Part shown: one piece after another, positions 47,098 to 58,400 of the stretch
How the letters are laid out: each line of letters starts with the position of its first letter
Position numbering within the stretch: position 1 is the first letter of the stretch
Source of the DNA: Cyanophora paradoxa CCMP329
Taxonomy: Eukaryota > Plantae > Glaucophyta
Length of the DNA: 64,000 nucleotides
Assembly: GCA_004431415.1 (NCBI GenBank)
Contig: QPMI01000607.1
Location: 12,706-76,705 of the forward strand
Reading direction: 5' to 3'
Made by a program: the position numbers and the translations under genes
Notes under the pieces: model-generated
What the model saw: only the letters and a program-made list of their open reading frames with translations
What the model was told of the DNA's origin: nothing
Database searches by the model: none

Positions 47098-50000
47098 TCA
47101 GACACCAAATGGGACACTGTGAATGCCGTCGTTTGATATCTTCCTTTTGCTATCGATTTGGTTTAGCGCCACCCTTCTGCTCTCCAAATCATATAGGCTG
47201 TGGTCTTGCCGTCGCTTGTTTCTTACTGTTACTGTTTTGGTGATACCTTCGAATAGACATTTCTTAAAATCGTCAAAATGGACTTCCTTAGATGCTGTGC
47301 CGGACATCTTTATTTTTCATAGGTTTCAGTTCTGAAAGCGTAAAGTTTCGATCTCAAACCCACATATTCTAAGATCTTTGCATTTGGGAATTCGTTTTTA
47401 TACTTCCCCGGAGTCAATCGATTCGACAAACTATATAATGGATGATCACGATTATAATTACTCCTATCGAGGTGTTCACCGATAGCTTTCATGTCCGCAT
47501 TTAGATTATTGGTTTTCAGTAGTAGACAGAACGAATCGGTATCGTGGAATAGTAGCTTAGCCGTTTCCCATTTCTTTTTAACCACCTCATAAAAGAATTG
47601 ATAATTATGTAACTTTGCAAAATCCAAAACGAAAGCACCAATAGCTACGGGTTTATCTAAGTTTACATGTTTCGAATACATTTCAAACGCTACGGCGTTT
47701 TCGTTTAATACATTGGTTGCTTTGATAAGTGGACTTGCGGCATATTTCTTACATAGTTTCTCACTGTTGGCGATCTTTACAGAAGAGCGACCCTACAAGA
47801 TTCTAAGCATTTTCCATATATCGCATTGTTCATGAGTTTAAAAAAGTCGCTTTCGAATCTATTCCTGATTCGTGTCTTAGTCTTGTATTCAGAGCTATGT
47901 AAGATTTCATGAAAGAAGAAGTAGCGAATGAGATCACCTTATGAATCGCCTTTATGACTACACCCTTTTTAACGAGATAGATAAGTAGAGGTTGTGATAT
48001 GACATAGTTAGTCTTTGGTGTAAATGTTGCTGTAAGTCGTGGATCTTTGGTTAATTTTTCGCCTGTCATATATAATAGGTTTTGTTGGTATTCACCTAAC
48101 ATATCTGTCGTGATAACTTCTTTATTCACAATAAGTGGGAAATCATAATGATCTTCGAGGGAAATAGGATATTCTAAATCGACCTCAATAAATGCATTTC
48201 GTCCTTCTACTTCTTTCAGTGCCTCTGTGGTTTCTTCCCATCGATAATCACCAATAGGTAAAGGTTGGCTGAGTGCATAACCATAAAGATTATTTGCGTC
48301 CAATAAAACAATATGATCATCGGGATTTTCTACCTTTGCATATCGTGTGGGCATAGTGGCGAATCCACCCCTTATGGCTCTTTCAATAAATTCGTATTTG
48401 TCGACATCATCGATAAGTGCAATCTTTGCCTTTGTATGTTTTAACATAGCATCCCAGGATAGACCCTGAGCGCTAACGTAATGACATGGATCTAATCCAT
48501 ATTGAGAAAACGCCAATTTACGGAATTCTTCGAATTTAAACATAAGATCATCGACATTTGCACTTTGGAAATCCATAAAATGCGATGCATCTATGAATTT
48601 CCACATGCCCCATTGTAGCGATAGATACTGATCGAAATTTTTACTTAGAATCTCCACACGTAGCGTATCGTCTTGTTGGGCTATTTTTCGGAATATCCCA
48701 TGTCCGCATTCGTCCATTTGATCTACGACAATAGCTACCTTTGTTTGTTTAGAGATTCGCCTATGGAGGTTACAGTTTCGGCATGCTTTCCCGATATAAT
48801 CACCCGTTTGGTGACAGTGATCGCGAACCGAAAAGTTTTCGGCTGTGAATCGTTGCAAGCAAATATAACAATGCTTTGTGGTTCTATATTCTGCCTTCTG
48901 ATCTTCTGTGAGTGGATGCATGGGAATATTTCTAAATAGGGTTTGCACTACATGAGGTCTAATTTCTATGAGTTTGGCAAACAGCGAACCCAAAGGATCG
49001 GCTCCCTCAAAATGAAAAGCTACCACCTCTTCTCCTATTACCACTCTCAGTGACACAGCTTTAATTTCCCGTTTGGTTTTGTTTGCACTCACAGATACCG
49101 AATGATCTTCGATTTTCACGTAACAGATCACAGGAAGCCATACAGTCTTTCTTAGGTGTTTTAATCCGAATTCCATGTAAGTATCGGGTTTTGGACATTT
49201 TCCCTTACTTTCCCTCCAATCGATGCACCGATTAGCTTCTATGTGTAGGTCTAATTTCGCCTGAGATCGGAAACGTGATAGACAGGTTTCACAGTAATAA
49301 ATGCGTCCATCACATGCTTTATCAAACGTGGTTTTAAGGAGGCGACTTAGAGACACAATAGCTACATAATGTCCTCTATTCTCCTCCGTATTTTCGATGA
49401 GTAAAAGGTTAATCTTATTCTTTCTACGTGGATTGCTCGACATATGTAACGGATAGAATGACTCCTTTTCGTTATCGGCACCGTAGATATTAACCGATAA
49501 GTCCGGGTTCTGTTCTTCGAATCGATCGATAACATCAGCATCGCATGCTACCGGGAATTCGATATTATTAAAGTTCAGTTCATTAAGCCATCGGCGATAT
49601 TGAATGGGATCATAGCTTTTATGGCGGTTAATGTCCTTTCGGTGTAGACGAGCCAAAATAGCATATTTAAAACAATCTTGTCCGTCGATATTCTTAACGT
49701 TAACGGTTGCTTTCTTTCTTGCGATCCATTCGGGAGTAGCGAAATAGCAACCACCCACCGGTGCGTAAGACATGATAACAACCCTAAGGATCTCTAAGCG
49801 ATCCAAACGATAACTATCTACTTGTTTCATTTGCTCTTGCATTTCTTGTAGAGCTTTACGCAATTCCGTATTTATATTACGGGATCGTGTGATAACAAAG
49901 TAGTCACTGTAAATGTATTTAGTAATAAAAATGCGTTCATTACTTACTTTAACGAACCGACAAACGAATGTAAGGCGGACTTTAACGGCTCTGAGTTGTT

Positions 50001-50376
50001 CTAACTTCGTTCTAATTCGCTGTGGAAGGTTAGTAGCGATGCGTTCCAAATAATCGATAGTATCCACAACTATTTGATTTCTTGCGCGGTAAGAATGCCA
50101 CGAGTAAGCCTGATTCATTGCCTCACCATCTTCTACTTCGGGTTCAATCGCTCCTAAGCGTTGTCCTTCGTCCATAAAGTCTTCCATTCTTTGCATGCGA
50201 TTGTAGAGGTCATTAGCGATATCGGTAAGTTGTTGTAGTCGCGGCTTCCGATCTAAAATGGCGGCTTCTCTATCATATTCGGCTTCTGTGATTTCACCGG
50301 TGACTAAAAGGGTTCCTAACAGTCCGATAATCTCATTTTTCTTTTCTTTGATAAGTCTATTAGTTTGGCGGGGCAT
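47098..50376 (-). CDS. polB: Protein-primed family B DNA polymerase, Polinton type (frameshifts at about 47840, 47790 and 47315)
   Basis: DCFKYA...GHY protease-like region, C2H2 finger, EndoVII-like VRDHCHQTG..CRNCN, AIRGG, LDANNLYGYAL, KLMNNAIYGK (across the shift), HDTDS, GLRSKLY. Confidence 0.93.
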
Positions 50377-50419
50377 CTTTGCTTTATAGGAACATTATTT
50401 TTTTCGGAAATGAAACGCG

Positions 50420-50620
50420 TTAGGCACTTTTAGGCACCTTAGGCACCTTAGGCACCTTTTTTAACTTTTTTTTAAAATTTTAAAAGTTGTGTTGTGCTTG
50501 ACACAACTTTTTTGCGCGTGGGCGAAAATTAAAATTAGGTGCCTAAGGTGCCTAAGGTGCCTAACGGGTGCCTAACCTTACTATAATAGTAATAAATAAG
50601 TGCCTATAAAGTGCCTACTC
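50420..50620. promoter_or_regulatory. Putative replication origin: inverted TAGGCACCT iteron arrays around an A/T-rich palindromic spacer
   Basis: Four TAGGCAC(C/T)T copies at 50421-50458 face several (A/G)GGTGCCTA copies at 50537-50617, directly downstream of the D5 helicase gene. The origin function is inferred. Confidence 0.55.
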
Positions 50621-50690
50621 TTACTGAATCAGTAACAAATGAATAAAAACACTTGCTACTTTGTAAAAATAATTCCGATCATTCATTATA

Positions 50691-51698
50691 TTATGCTTCT
50701 ATGTCATCATCTTCGAATTGGTTTGTTTGTTGAGCGACAAGCTTCACCCCTTTGAAACCACGCGAATATGAATTTCTCACCTTTACAGCGTTCTTATCAT
50801 ACTTTGCACCCATCTTTTCCATGAGTGCCTTAATTCGACTTGTGGACATATTGATTTTTAGTTTTTTAAACTCTTCATCGACAGCCTTCGATGTTAGGGA
50901 GTCGCTGTTATTCTTTGTGAATTCAAAGCTCTTTTTAATTAATAACAGCTCATCGCCGCCTTCTTCACGGAAAGCTTCCGTATCTTCGGCTATCTTGCCT
51001 TCCAATTGGACAGGTTGGCTTTGGAACGCATTGAAAACTTCCCATTCAAACGCCCGAATAATATTAGGGTCTTTCAATAACACAGTTTTGATATCGTTAG
51101 ATTTCAGTTTGAGGAAAGGAAGCTTTAACTCATCGATTGTTTTTTGGTCTACGAACTTGTGGGGATGCTTGAAATATAGCAGATTCTCCATAGTATCAGC
51201 CGGTGTAACAGGGGGCATATCATTAAGGATCATCCATAGCCGACTTTGTAAAAATATGTTTTGCTCATTTGCCCAGAGAACCCGCATATTTTGCTTATCA
51301 CCTCCGGATGCTGTCTTTTTCACCATTGCGCCGTTGATCTTGATGTTTGGATTTGTCACATCAAATTTCATTTCTTGTGTGAATGTGATTCGTCGAAACT
51401 CACATGATTTCATCCATTTCAAATTCTTAGCTTCGTCGTTATTAATTGTTTTTTCCATTAGGAATGATTCACCGCTAATAGTATTAACATAATCACCCCA
51501 TGTGTTCTCATTCAGATTTACGTAAACTCCCTTTCCACAATTTCTTTCTCCCATCGATACAGCCCATTGCTTGTCTTCAATCATTCCCGCCATTGATCTT
51601 GCCGTAAAAGCAAGAGCCACAGGGCTCGCTTGCAGGTAGACCCCACCAATTGCGCGCCCTCTTCTTTCCTTCCCCACTACCATTCTCAGTAAGCCCAT
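50691..51698 (-). pseudogene. D5-like superfamily 3 helicase, 5'-truncated (no primase part)
   Basis: ARSMAGMIEDK, Walker A GERNCGKG, FTQE, VKKTASGGD and a C-terminal winged-helix-like region. Upstream of about 51630 the sequence is repeat DNA. Confidence 0.78.
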
Positions 51699-52070
51699 TA
51701 TCCATTTTCAAATTTCTCAGTAAGGCTCAGTAACAAACTATAAAATAGCACTGTATTTTTCAAACATCTAACCTCTCCTTACTGAAACCAATCACAAAAA
51801 CCTACACATAATCTTCTCTCTAATCCCTTACCATTTTCAGTAAGCCCTAAAACCCTCTCTCGATTTCTCAGTAAGGACAGTAAGACCCCTATTTTTACGA
51901 AATGTTCCCGATAGTTTCCAAACTGTTTTCAGTTAGCAAATTGAAAAATAAAGGTGACCCCCACCGATAGGTTAAATCTGGATAAATAAAATACGAAATC
52001 AAGGTGACCCCCACCGATAGCCTTAATCCGGATAAATCAAATACGAAATCAAGGTGAACCCCACCGATAG
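51683..52070. repeat. CAGTAAG-rich dispersed repeats and a 50-bp tandem repeat (AAGGTGACCCCCACCGATAG, about 2.4 copies)
   Basis: Tandem copies start at 51951, 52001 and 52051. TCAGTAAG occurs at about 51686, 51717, 51837 and 51867. Confidence 0.8.
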
Positions 52071-52446
52071 AGTATGATGAGTGCGCAAGTTTGTGCATGA
52101 GCAAGCATGCCGAAAATGCCCACCTGCACACACTCGCGACTTCAATCGAAATGTTCCATTTAATGCACTGGAACCACTCGCGCCCCGCCCACTATGCAAG
52201 ATACATGCGAACAACATGCGAGTTCTATGAAAAAATAACAATTCAGTCATGTATATATTTCGTATATATGTCCGAACCTCCCTGTGTGTGATCCCGCACA
52301 ACTTTTAATATTTTTGTTTTTTTTGTTTTTTTCGCATATCACGACATATACATATATACACCGGCGTCACCAACATATTCGGGGTCATCACATCGCGGCG
52401 ATTCCGAAAACATATAGCATACGATAGCGTAGTATTTTAACGTGGT

Positions 52447-52762
52447 CTGATCGTAATGTGATAAATCAGCTGATAGGGCTGATCGTAGTGTGATAAATCA
52501 GCTGATAGGGCTGATCGTAGTGTGATAAATCAGCTGATAGGGCTGATCGTAGTGTGATAAATCAGCTGATAGGGCTGATCGTAGTGTGATAAATCAGCTG
52601 ATAGGGCTGATCGTAGTGTGATAAATCAGCTGATAGGGCTGATCGTAGTGTGATAAATCAGCTGATAGGGCTGATCGTAGTGTGATAAATCAGCTGATAG
52701 GGCTGATCGTAGTGTGATAAATCAGCTGATAGGGCTGATCGTAATGTTATAAATTAGCTGAT
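52447..52762. repeat. 32-bp tandem repeat, about 10 copies, each with the palindrome ATCAGCTGAT
   Basis: CTGATCGTAGTGTGATAAATCAGCTGATAGGG recurs every 32 bp from 52447 to 52735. Confidence 0.95.
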
Positions 52763-53270
52763 CGCCATCTGATAAATCGTGATGTGATCGCCGGGCGATA
52801 GTATAGCCGGATAGTATAACCTCGGGCGATAGTATAGCGGGATAGTATAGTATCACCAGGCATAACAGCCGCCGGCAAATATTTACCATAACACCGCGAT
52901 CGCGACTCGGCGGCGACCCCCCCTTCCGTTTTTCCCGCATAACTTTGGACAGGAAGCCGATCTCGGCGCGCTCTCAATTGCTACGTGCTCACACCTTGAT
53001 TCCGGGCATGATGGTTATCATTTGACTAGCTTAGCCCACCGTGAAGCAAAGACCGACTTCGATTTCTGCACAAGTGCCCCAAAACGGAGGTGTCCGCTAC
53101 ATTCTGAGCGCCGGCGCGTGTTCCCGGAGGGCTCCACTAGTCATACTTTGCATCTGTATGCGTATAGAGTAGTTCTACACTACTACGAAGTGGCGCGGTC
53201 TGATTCGCAAAGGGCGCGATTTGGCGGCTACGAAACCACATAGCTCACAAAAATATCGACTTAAATAATA

Positions 53271-53663
53271 ATGGATTCCCGATACCGCGGCTACCACGTA
53301 ATGCTTGACTATATAACCGACCCGTTCACCGAGTCTCCGGAGGCATGCGCCGAGTGGATCACAGCGAACCTATCGCAATATATCACAGATCGCAATATGC
53401 GCATCGTGCACCAGCACACATGCATTTTCGATGGCTCTAATTCCCCTCCCGGTTTCGCGATTGGCTTTCTATTAGATGAGTCGCATGCCACAGCTCACTC
53501 TTATAGCGACCAGGGGCTATTAGCGATCGATATCTTTACATGCGGGTCAAATGCCGAAGCAAAGACGATGGGTATAGCACAGGACATTAACGATCTCATA
53601 CAGGAAAGGCTGAAAGTGCGAAAGTGGGACTTACAGGTCGAGCAAAGGTTCCCAATTTCATAA
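53271..53663 (+). CDS. speD: Prokaryotic-type S-adenosylmethionine decarboxylase homologue, intact
   Basis: RGYHVMLDY...PPGFAIGFLLDESHATAHSYSDQGLLAIDIFTCG. Confidence 0.9.
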   Translation: MDSRYRGYHVMLDYITDPFTESPEACAEWITANLSQYITDRNMRIVHQHTCIFDGSNSPPGFAIGFLLDESHATAHSYSDQGLLAIDIFTCGSNAEAKTMGIAQDINDLIQERLKVRKWDLQVEQRFPIS

Positions 53664-53688
53664 AAAATGAAAAAAACGACATATATAT

Positions 53689-54002
53689 TTAATGCTCCTT
53701 GATCGGAAACTTGCCCATTAGCGGGTGATCGAGACCCATGACATACCAGGATTTCATAACGGGATCCCAGCGGGCTTTCTCAGCCTTCGCTTGATCCTTA
53801 AATTCATAAGGAATATCGAGGTAAACCTTCACGTTTCTTTGATACACTTGCTCATAGCTTAAAGTCTTGAACTGAGAGCATAGGGGTGATCTTTCTTCGT
53901 GACATACCAGCATGAATTCTCACGATCCCACTTTCCACCGAGGGATTTCGCAACGTCTTTTTTATCATACGGAATATCCACGAAATGCTTTTCACCCTCC
54001 AT
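53689..54002 (-). CDS. Tandem DUF5710-like domain protein (one frameshift)
   Basis: FVDIPYDKKDVAKSLGGKWDRENSCWYV followed by YLDIPYEFKDQAKAEKARWDPVMKSWYV. ATG at 54002 lies just downstream of the shared promoter-like motif. Confidence 0.72.
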
Positions 54003-54015
54003 CTCTTTTATATTT

Positions 54016-54035
54016 ACCGGAGAAAATAATTTCGG
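54016..54035 (-). promoter_or_regulatory. Putative viral promoter motif CCGAAATTATTTTCTCCGGT
   Basis: Exact second copy at 59765-59784. Partial copies at 60326, 60900, 62620 and 63988. Most lie about 10-30 nt upstream of a minus-strand ATG. Confidence 0.65.
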
Positions 54036-54041
54036 GGTTTG

Positions 54042-55423
54042 TTATGAACGAGAAGACCGAAGAATGCGCGTAGTAGGGGCTGTGTAGCTTGCGCTCTGAT
54101 TCTTGAATGATTTATACCACCTCTGACTGTTTACCTCTGAGAGCTTCTCAGTTCCCGCGATCGTTAATTTAGCGAGCTCTCTCAGCGCCCTCTTTGTCTT
54201 TTCTGCGCGATCTTCCAATAATGCGCCTTTCGGAACACTTGCGGCGACATCTATACCTTCTTTTTGAACCTGCCGGATAGAAGCTGCCTCTACATCAGCC
54301 GCTAAAATAGCGTTGCCTGATGGCTCCACCACAGCTTCGACCTCTGTAATGATTTGCAATTCGTGCGGCTTAAAAAGCTTCGGCATTATGTTCCCCGCTG
54401 CATCTTGCACCTCTATCGCGTTTCCTCTCCTTCCCGCAATTTTGTAGACCTCTCGGCTATACCTTTGGGTCGCCCCTTTATCGAACTTTGATCTCGGCAA
54501 TAATACGCGGACGTGGAGACCCGGCGTAAAGTCGCTGAATATATCCTTTACGATTGTGTTCTTCCTTGAAATAATAGCCGCTCGGATCCGCTCCATATCA
54601 GAAAGCTTAACATCTGCGGGTTTCATTCCTATGGTTCTGTGAATGGTATTATTATAATTGAAAACGAAGTCGTCCAGCTTGTCCATAAATCGCACTGTGT
54701 TATAAGCGACACAGTAATTGTTTATCATCGTTTTTAAGGTCAAATGAAAGCGATTCATTATTCCCAGCGAAGTGTGATCTCCGACCTGTTTAAAGCGGTG
54801 CTCTATTCCATTGCTTTTAACGATCTCCTGAAACTCCTTCGCGATGAATTCCGAACCGTTATCTGTCTCCAATCGAATCATCGGAGCCGGGAGCTCTGTG
54901 AGCATCTCCGCAAAAGCGGCGGCAACACTTGCGCCCTCCTTATTCTTTAACTTCTTGGCATATGCTTTTCGGCTTGTCATCTCAATGAGAGTAAGGACTG
55001 CAATGTAGCCGGAATTATAATTGCCATATGAGAGATAAAAGATGAGATCGGCTTGGTAGCACCACGGCGGGGCTGTGATGGGAATAAAAGCTGTTTGGGT
55101 CGGTGCGGGGGGCTTCTTGTTGATCTGCATAAATTCTTGTTTCGCTGCGACATCTTGCACTTCTTTCAATGTGAGGGTCTTGTCCTCTTTTCTCAGTTCT
55201 TCGTATATTGCGGATGGGTTCTTAAAACCTGTCTTCGGGTCATACATGCGTCGCACGATCTTAGAGGACGGGTTCGCAATGCTAAAAGGAACATCTCCTA
55301 ATAAATTTGATTTTGCTTGGCGTTTTGTAATTTTTTGGGGACTTGCTCAGTCTCAGGAACCGCGATAGGTAGTATGGTAGTCTCCGTCTCCTCGCCCGCT
55401 ACCCTTCTGACGATCCGTGACAT
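54042..55423 (-). CDS. Polinton-type rve integrase (N-terminal frameshift; main ORF 54042-55256)
   Basis: YDPKTGF, YQADL, LETDNGSEF, MNRFHLTLK, YNNTIHRTIGMKP. The third catalytic Glu appears as Asn (IMNRF versus RIEAF in element A). Confidence 0.9.
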
Positions 55424-55432
55424 TTCTTCTAA

Positions 55433-58400
55433 TTAAACCTGTTTATTTTTGCTGCAATTGCACCCGTGATGCGCGAGTTGACAATTGTCTTTAAGGTGTG
55501 GGCGCTTATTATTGATGCGATCCACGACGAGCCTGTAATTCGGATCTTGCGGCTCAATCGGAATCGGAAGGGAACAGAGCGCACAGGCGCCCTTCTGTTG
55601 CTTCTTGCGCTCTAATATCCACTCCGGCGTAATATAATCCGCCTCGTCGAAATCGCGCCCGGCACGCTGATCCTGGCATTTATATCCGCGGATCTTCGTT
55701 TTCAGATATTCGATGTAGTCGCTCTTTCCTTGGAACTTGTGAATAGGTGTATAAATCAGCACCGTAGACAGATCGCGGTTACGAGTGAGCGCGGTATAGA
55801 ACCATTCGCGAGTGGTATAGCGGAACGTAGCCTCACAAATGACAATGCCCGAATCAAGTGTGAGACCTTGTGTCGAATGACCTGTTCCTGCATAAGGGAG
55901 AGAAAAATGTTCTAACATCGCGCACGGAACCTCGAACGTGACGCCATCGAAGACGTCAGTTAATGTGACCATTTGCTTGGTGATTTTGGTGATCCGATAG
56001 GTGTAATTTGTGTATGCGTTAATTGACTCACCCTCAGACCGCGAAATGCGTAGATACCTGCGACAAACGACTTCCAGACCCTTGTAGAATTTGATTCCGT
56101 TGACCTCTACGGTTGCAATATTTACTTTTCGTCTATCGTGCATCAGTTTGTTATAGGCTAAGGTCATTTCGTTTCTGTAAGCGATGCCAAAGTAGCCGTC
56201 GGGAATAGCGTTAAGATCATTAATTGTCGGTAAGCCGTATTTCGAGATAATCTGTGCGGCTTCGAGTCCGTTTTCGAAGAGATCCTCTTTAATCGCCCGA
56301 ATTAATTCACGGTCTGTCTCCTTCTTGTGCCGCTTGTTAATGCGTAGACTCAGGACGTTAGGGAACATGCTCTGCACAGCGCGCTTATAGTAGCCCTTGC
56401 GATCAGAAACCGATAGCTCATCATTAATCGGTTCGTTCTGATAGGTATCGCCATTAGCCAAATATTTGATATCCGGATAGCGATCGATAAACGACTTGAT
56501 CTTAGCGAGATCTTTTACAGAATACGCGAATATCTCGTCGAACATAATGTGGCTGAACTCGGAGACAAACGCCCTCTGGTCTTTTTCGCTCATAGCCTCT
56601 TCGTAGGTCTGATCATTTGAGACACGGATCCCGAGAACATTATACAAAGTGCGAACGGTAATATTCTCGATTCCGCGGACTTTGAGAGAGTCCCTTAGCT
56701 CTGCGCACTGTTTGTTATAGGGGCAAATGACTAAGCAATTCGACTTTTGAGATGCGAAACAGTTAATACCGAGTGTCGACTTTCCACTTCCGGGCATGTC
56801 AGCAAGGACAAGCATACGATTATGGAGCTTCGCAACCCAATTAAAGCACTCCGGATTAAATTCGTCCCTCAGCGAGAACCGGTTAATGAGTGTCTCGGGA
56901 TCCTGAAATTCGAGAGTTACACCTCGTGGTGGGCGGAGTGCATTCTCAGGGCATCTTTTCCCGGGAATATAGCTGAATTTGCCCATGTTCTCAAACGCAT
57001 TTCGGTCGAACTCTTTCTTACTTGTCCATGAACCTTCGATATATAGGCAATCCGTTCTGATCCCGGCAACCTTGTGCCGCGCGCTGTCAGGCGCTTGTAT
57101 TGCGCAAACATATTGGCACGGTTACGATCGTAAATATGAAAGTGGATAGGAAGGAATCCGTTAACGAGCTCGCGGTGGAGCTGATCTTAACGAAATAGAT
57201 GTGACCTTCGAATTCGCTAAGAGTTTTGACACGTTTCGAATTCTTAGGATTGAAAGTAAACACCTCTACTGTTCCTCCGCATTCTTGGGCGAACCTCTCA
57301 GCCTCGGCACGGTTGTAGAACATTTTCGTGGATGTTTGCGAGTCTTGGAATTTGCCGAGCATTCCGATCTCTTTCACTAAAATGTGCTTCTTATCTGTGG
57401 TTTGAATGTCGCTTGACAGCACTTTTTGCATCTCAGCGATCGACGTATTGGGCACCAAATGCGAAGGCTCCGCGACCGCGATAATCTCTATCTTGTCCTT
57501 TACGTCGCCCAATGCATGGAGAGAGTGTAGCCTGTCATGAAATTATAACAGCGACCACTCACGGAAAATGCGCGATCCAGTATAATTTCGATTCCATCAA
57601 TCTTGCGAGACATGGCGGCATCATAATCAATATCCTCGTCGTCTGCGAAAGTTGCTTGCTCTCTCTCAAACGCAACGACACGCACGTAGTAGATCGCGTA
57701 TTCGAGAATATCGCTTCCCGCTTTAAAGGGAACGAAGTCATCGAATACATTGTATTTCGGAAGATATTGCATGCCTTTCAGTATCGAAGGGTAGCACTTC
57801 GCCATATCGACAGCTGTGTAGGTAGCTTTCGGGTTCGGCTTATAGAAAAAGCCGCTCAGTGCGGATCGCTTGTAGTGCGTGAGAATTTCGCGCATGTTCG
57901 GGCTGTAATGTGAGATATTCGTCGCATTTAGAAGCGACTCCCGGAATCCCTTCCCGATTTCACAGACTTATTATAATACTCCTCTGTTTCGAAATCTTGC
58001 TCAATAAGTGGTCGTTGTGCGTGGATCTTTGATAGAGAACATCGAGCCATTAGCTTTGAATGTGATGCTGTCGATCTGTTTCGATGGTGTTAGCTTCACA
58101 GCGGGCTCATATCGCATTTTCAGGAACGTAAATAGAAGACCTTCCAGACCTTCGCGCCCAGTATACAGAATGCGGATGAAACTGCGCTCGTCGGGCGATA
58201 GTTTTAGTTGCGTGATCTTTAACAAATCCTTGGATGTGTGCGCGAAGATATCGTGAGTAAGACACGTCGGAATTTTATAGAGTGCTAACGAAGAGGTCGA
58301 CTTAGGAACATGATTATCGAGCTCTTCGACCTCCATCTTTGCCATGCGCATTTCGAGCGACCTTATGTTATCATTGAAAATGTAATGTGCTTGTTGTGAA

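Larger units (their letters stand above)
33416..52430. mobile_element. Endogenous Polinton-like element A (integrase, pPolB, fibre genes; no capsid genes recognised)
   Basis: Abrupt drop in GC at about 33.42 kb, tightly packed intronless genes, rve integrase plus protein-primed PolB. The right boundary is uncertain. Confidence 0.8.

Noticed and set aside
52447-52762. 32-bp repeat array as a CRISPR array
   Set aside because: The units are directly adjacent with no unique spacers, and no cas genes are present.
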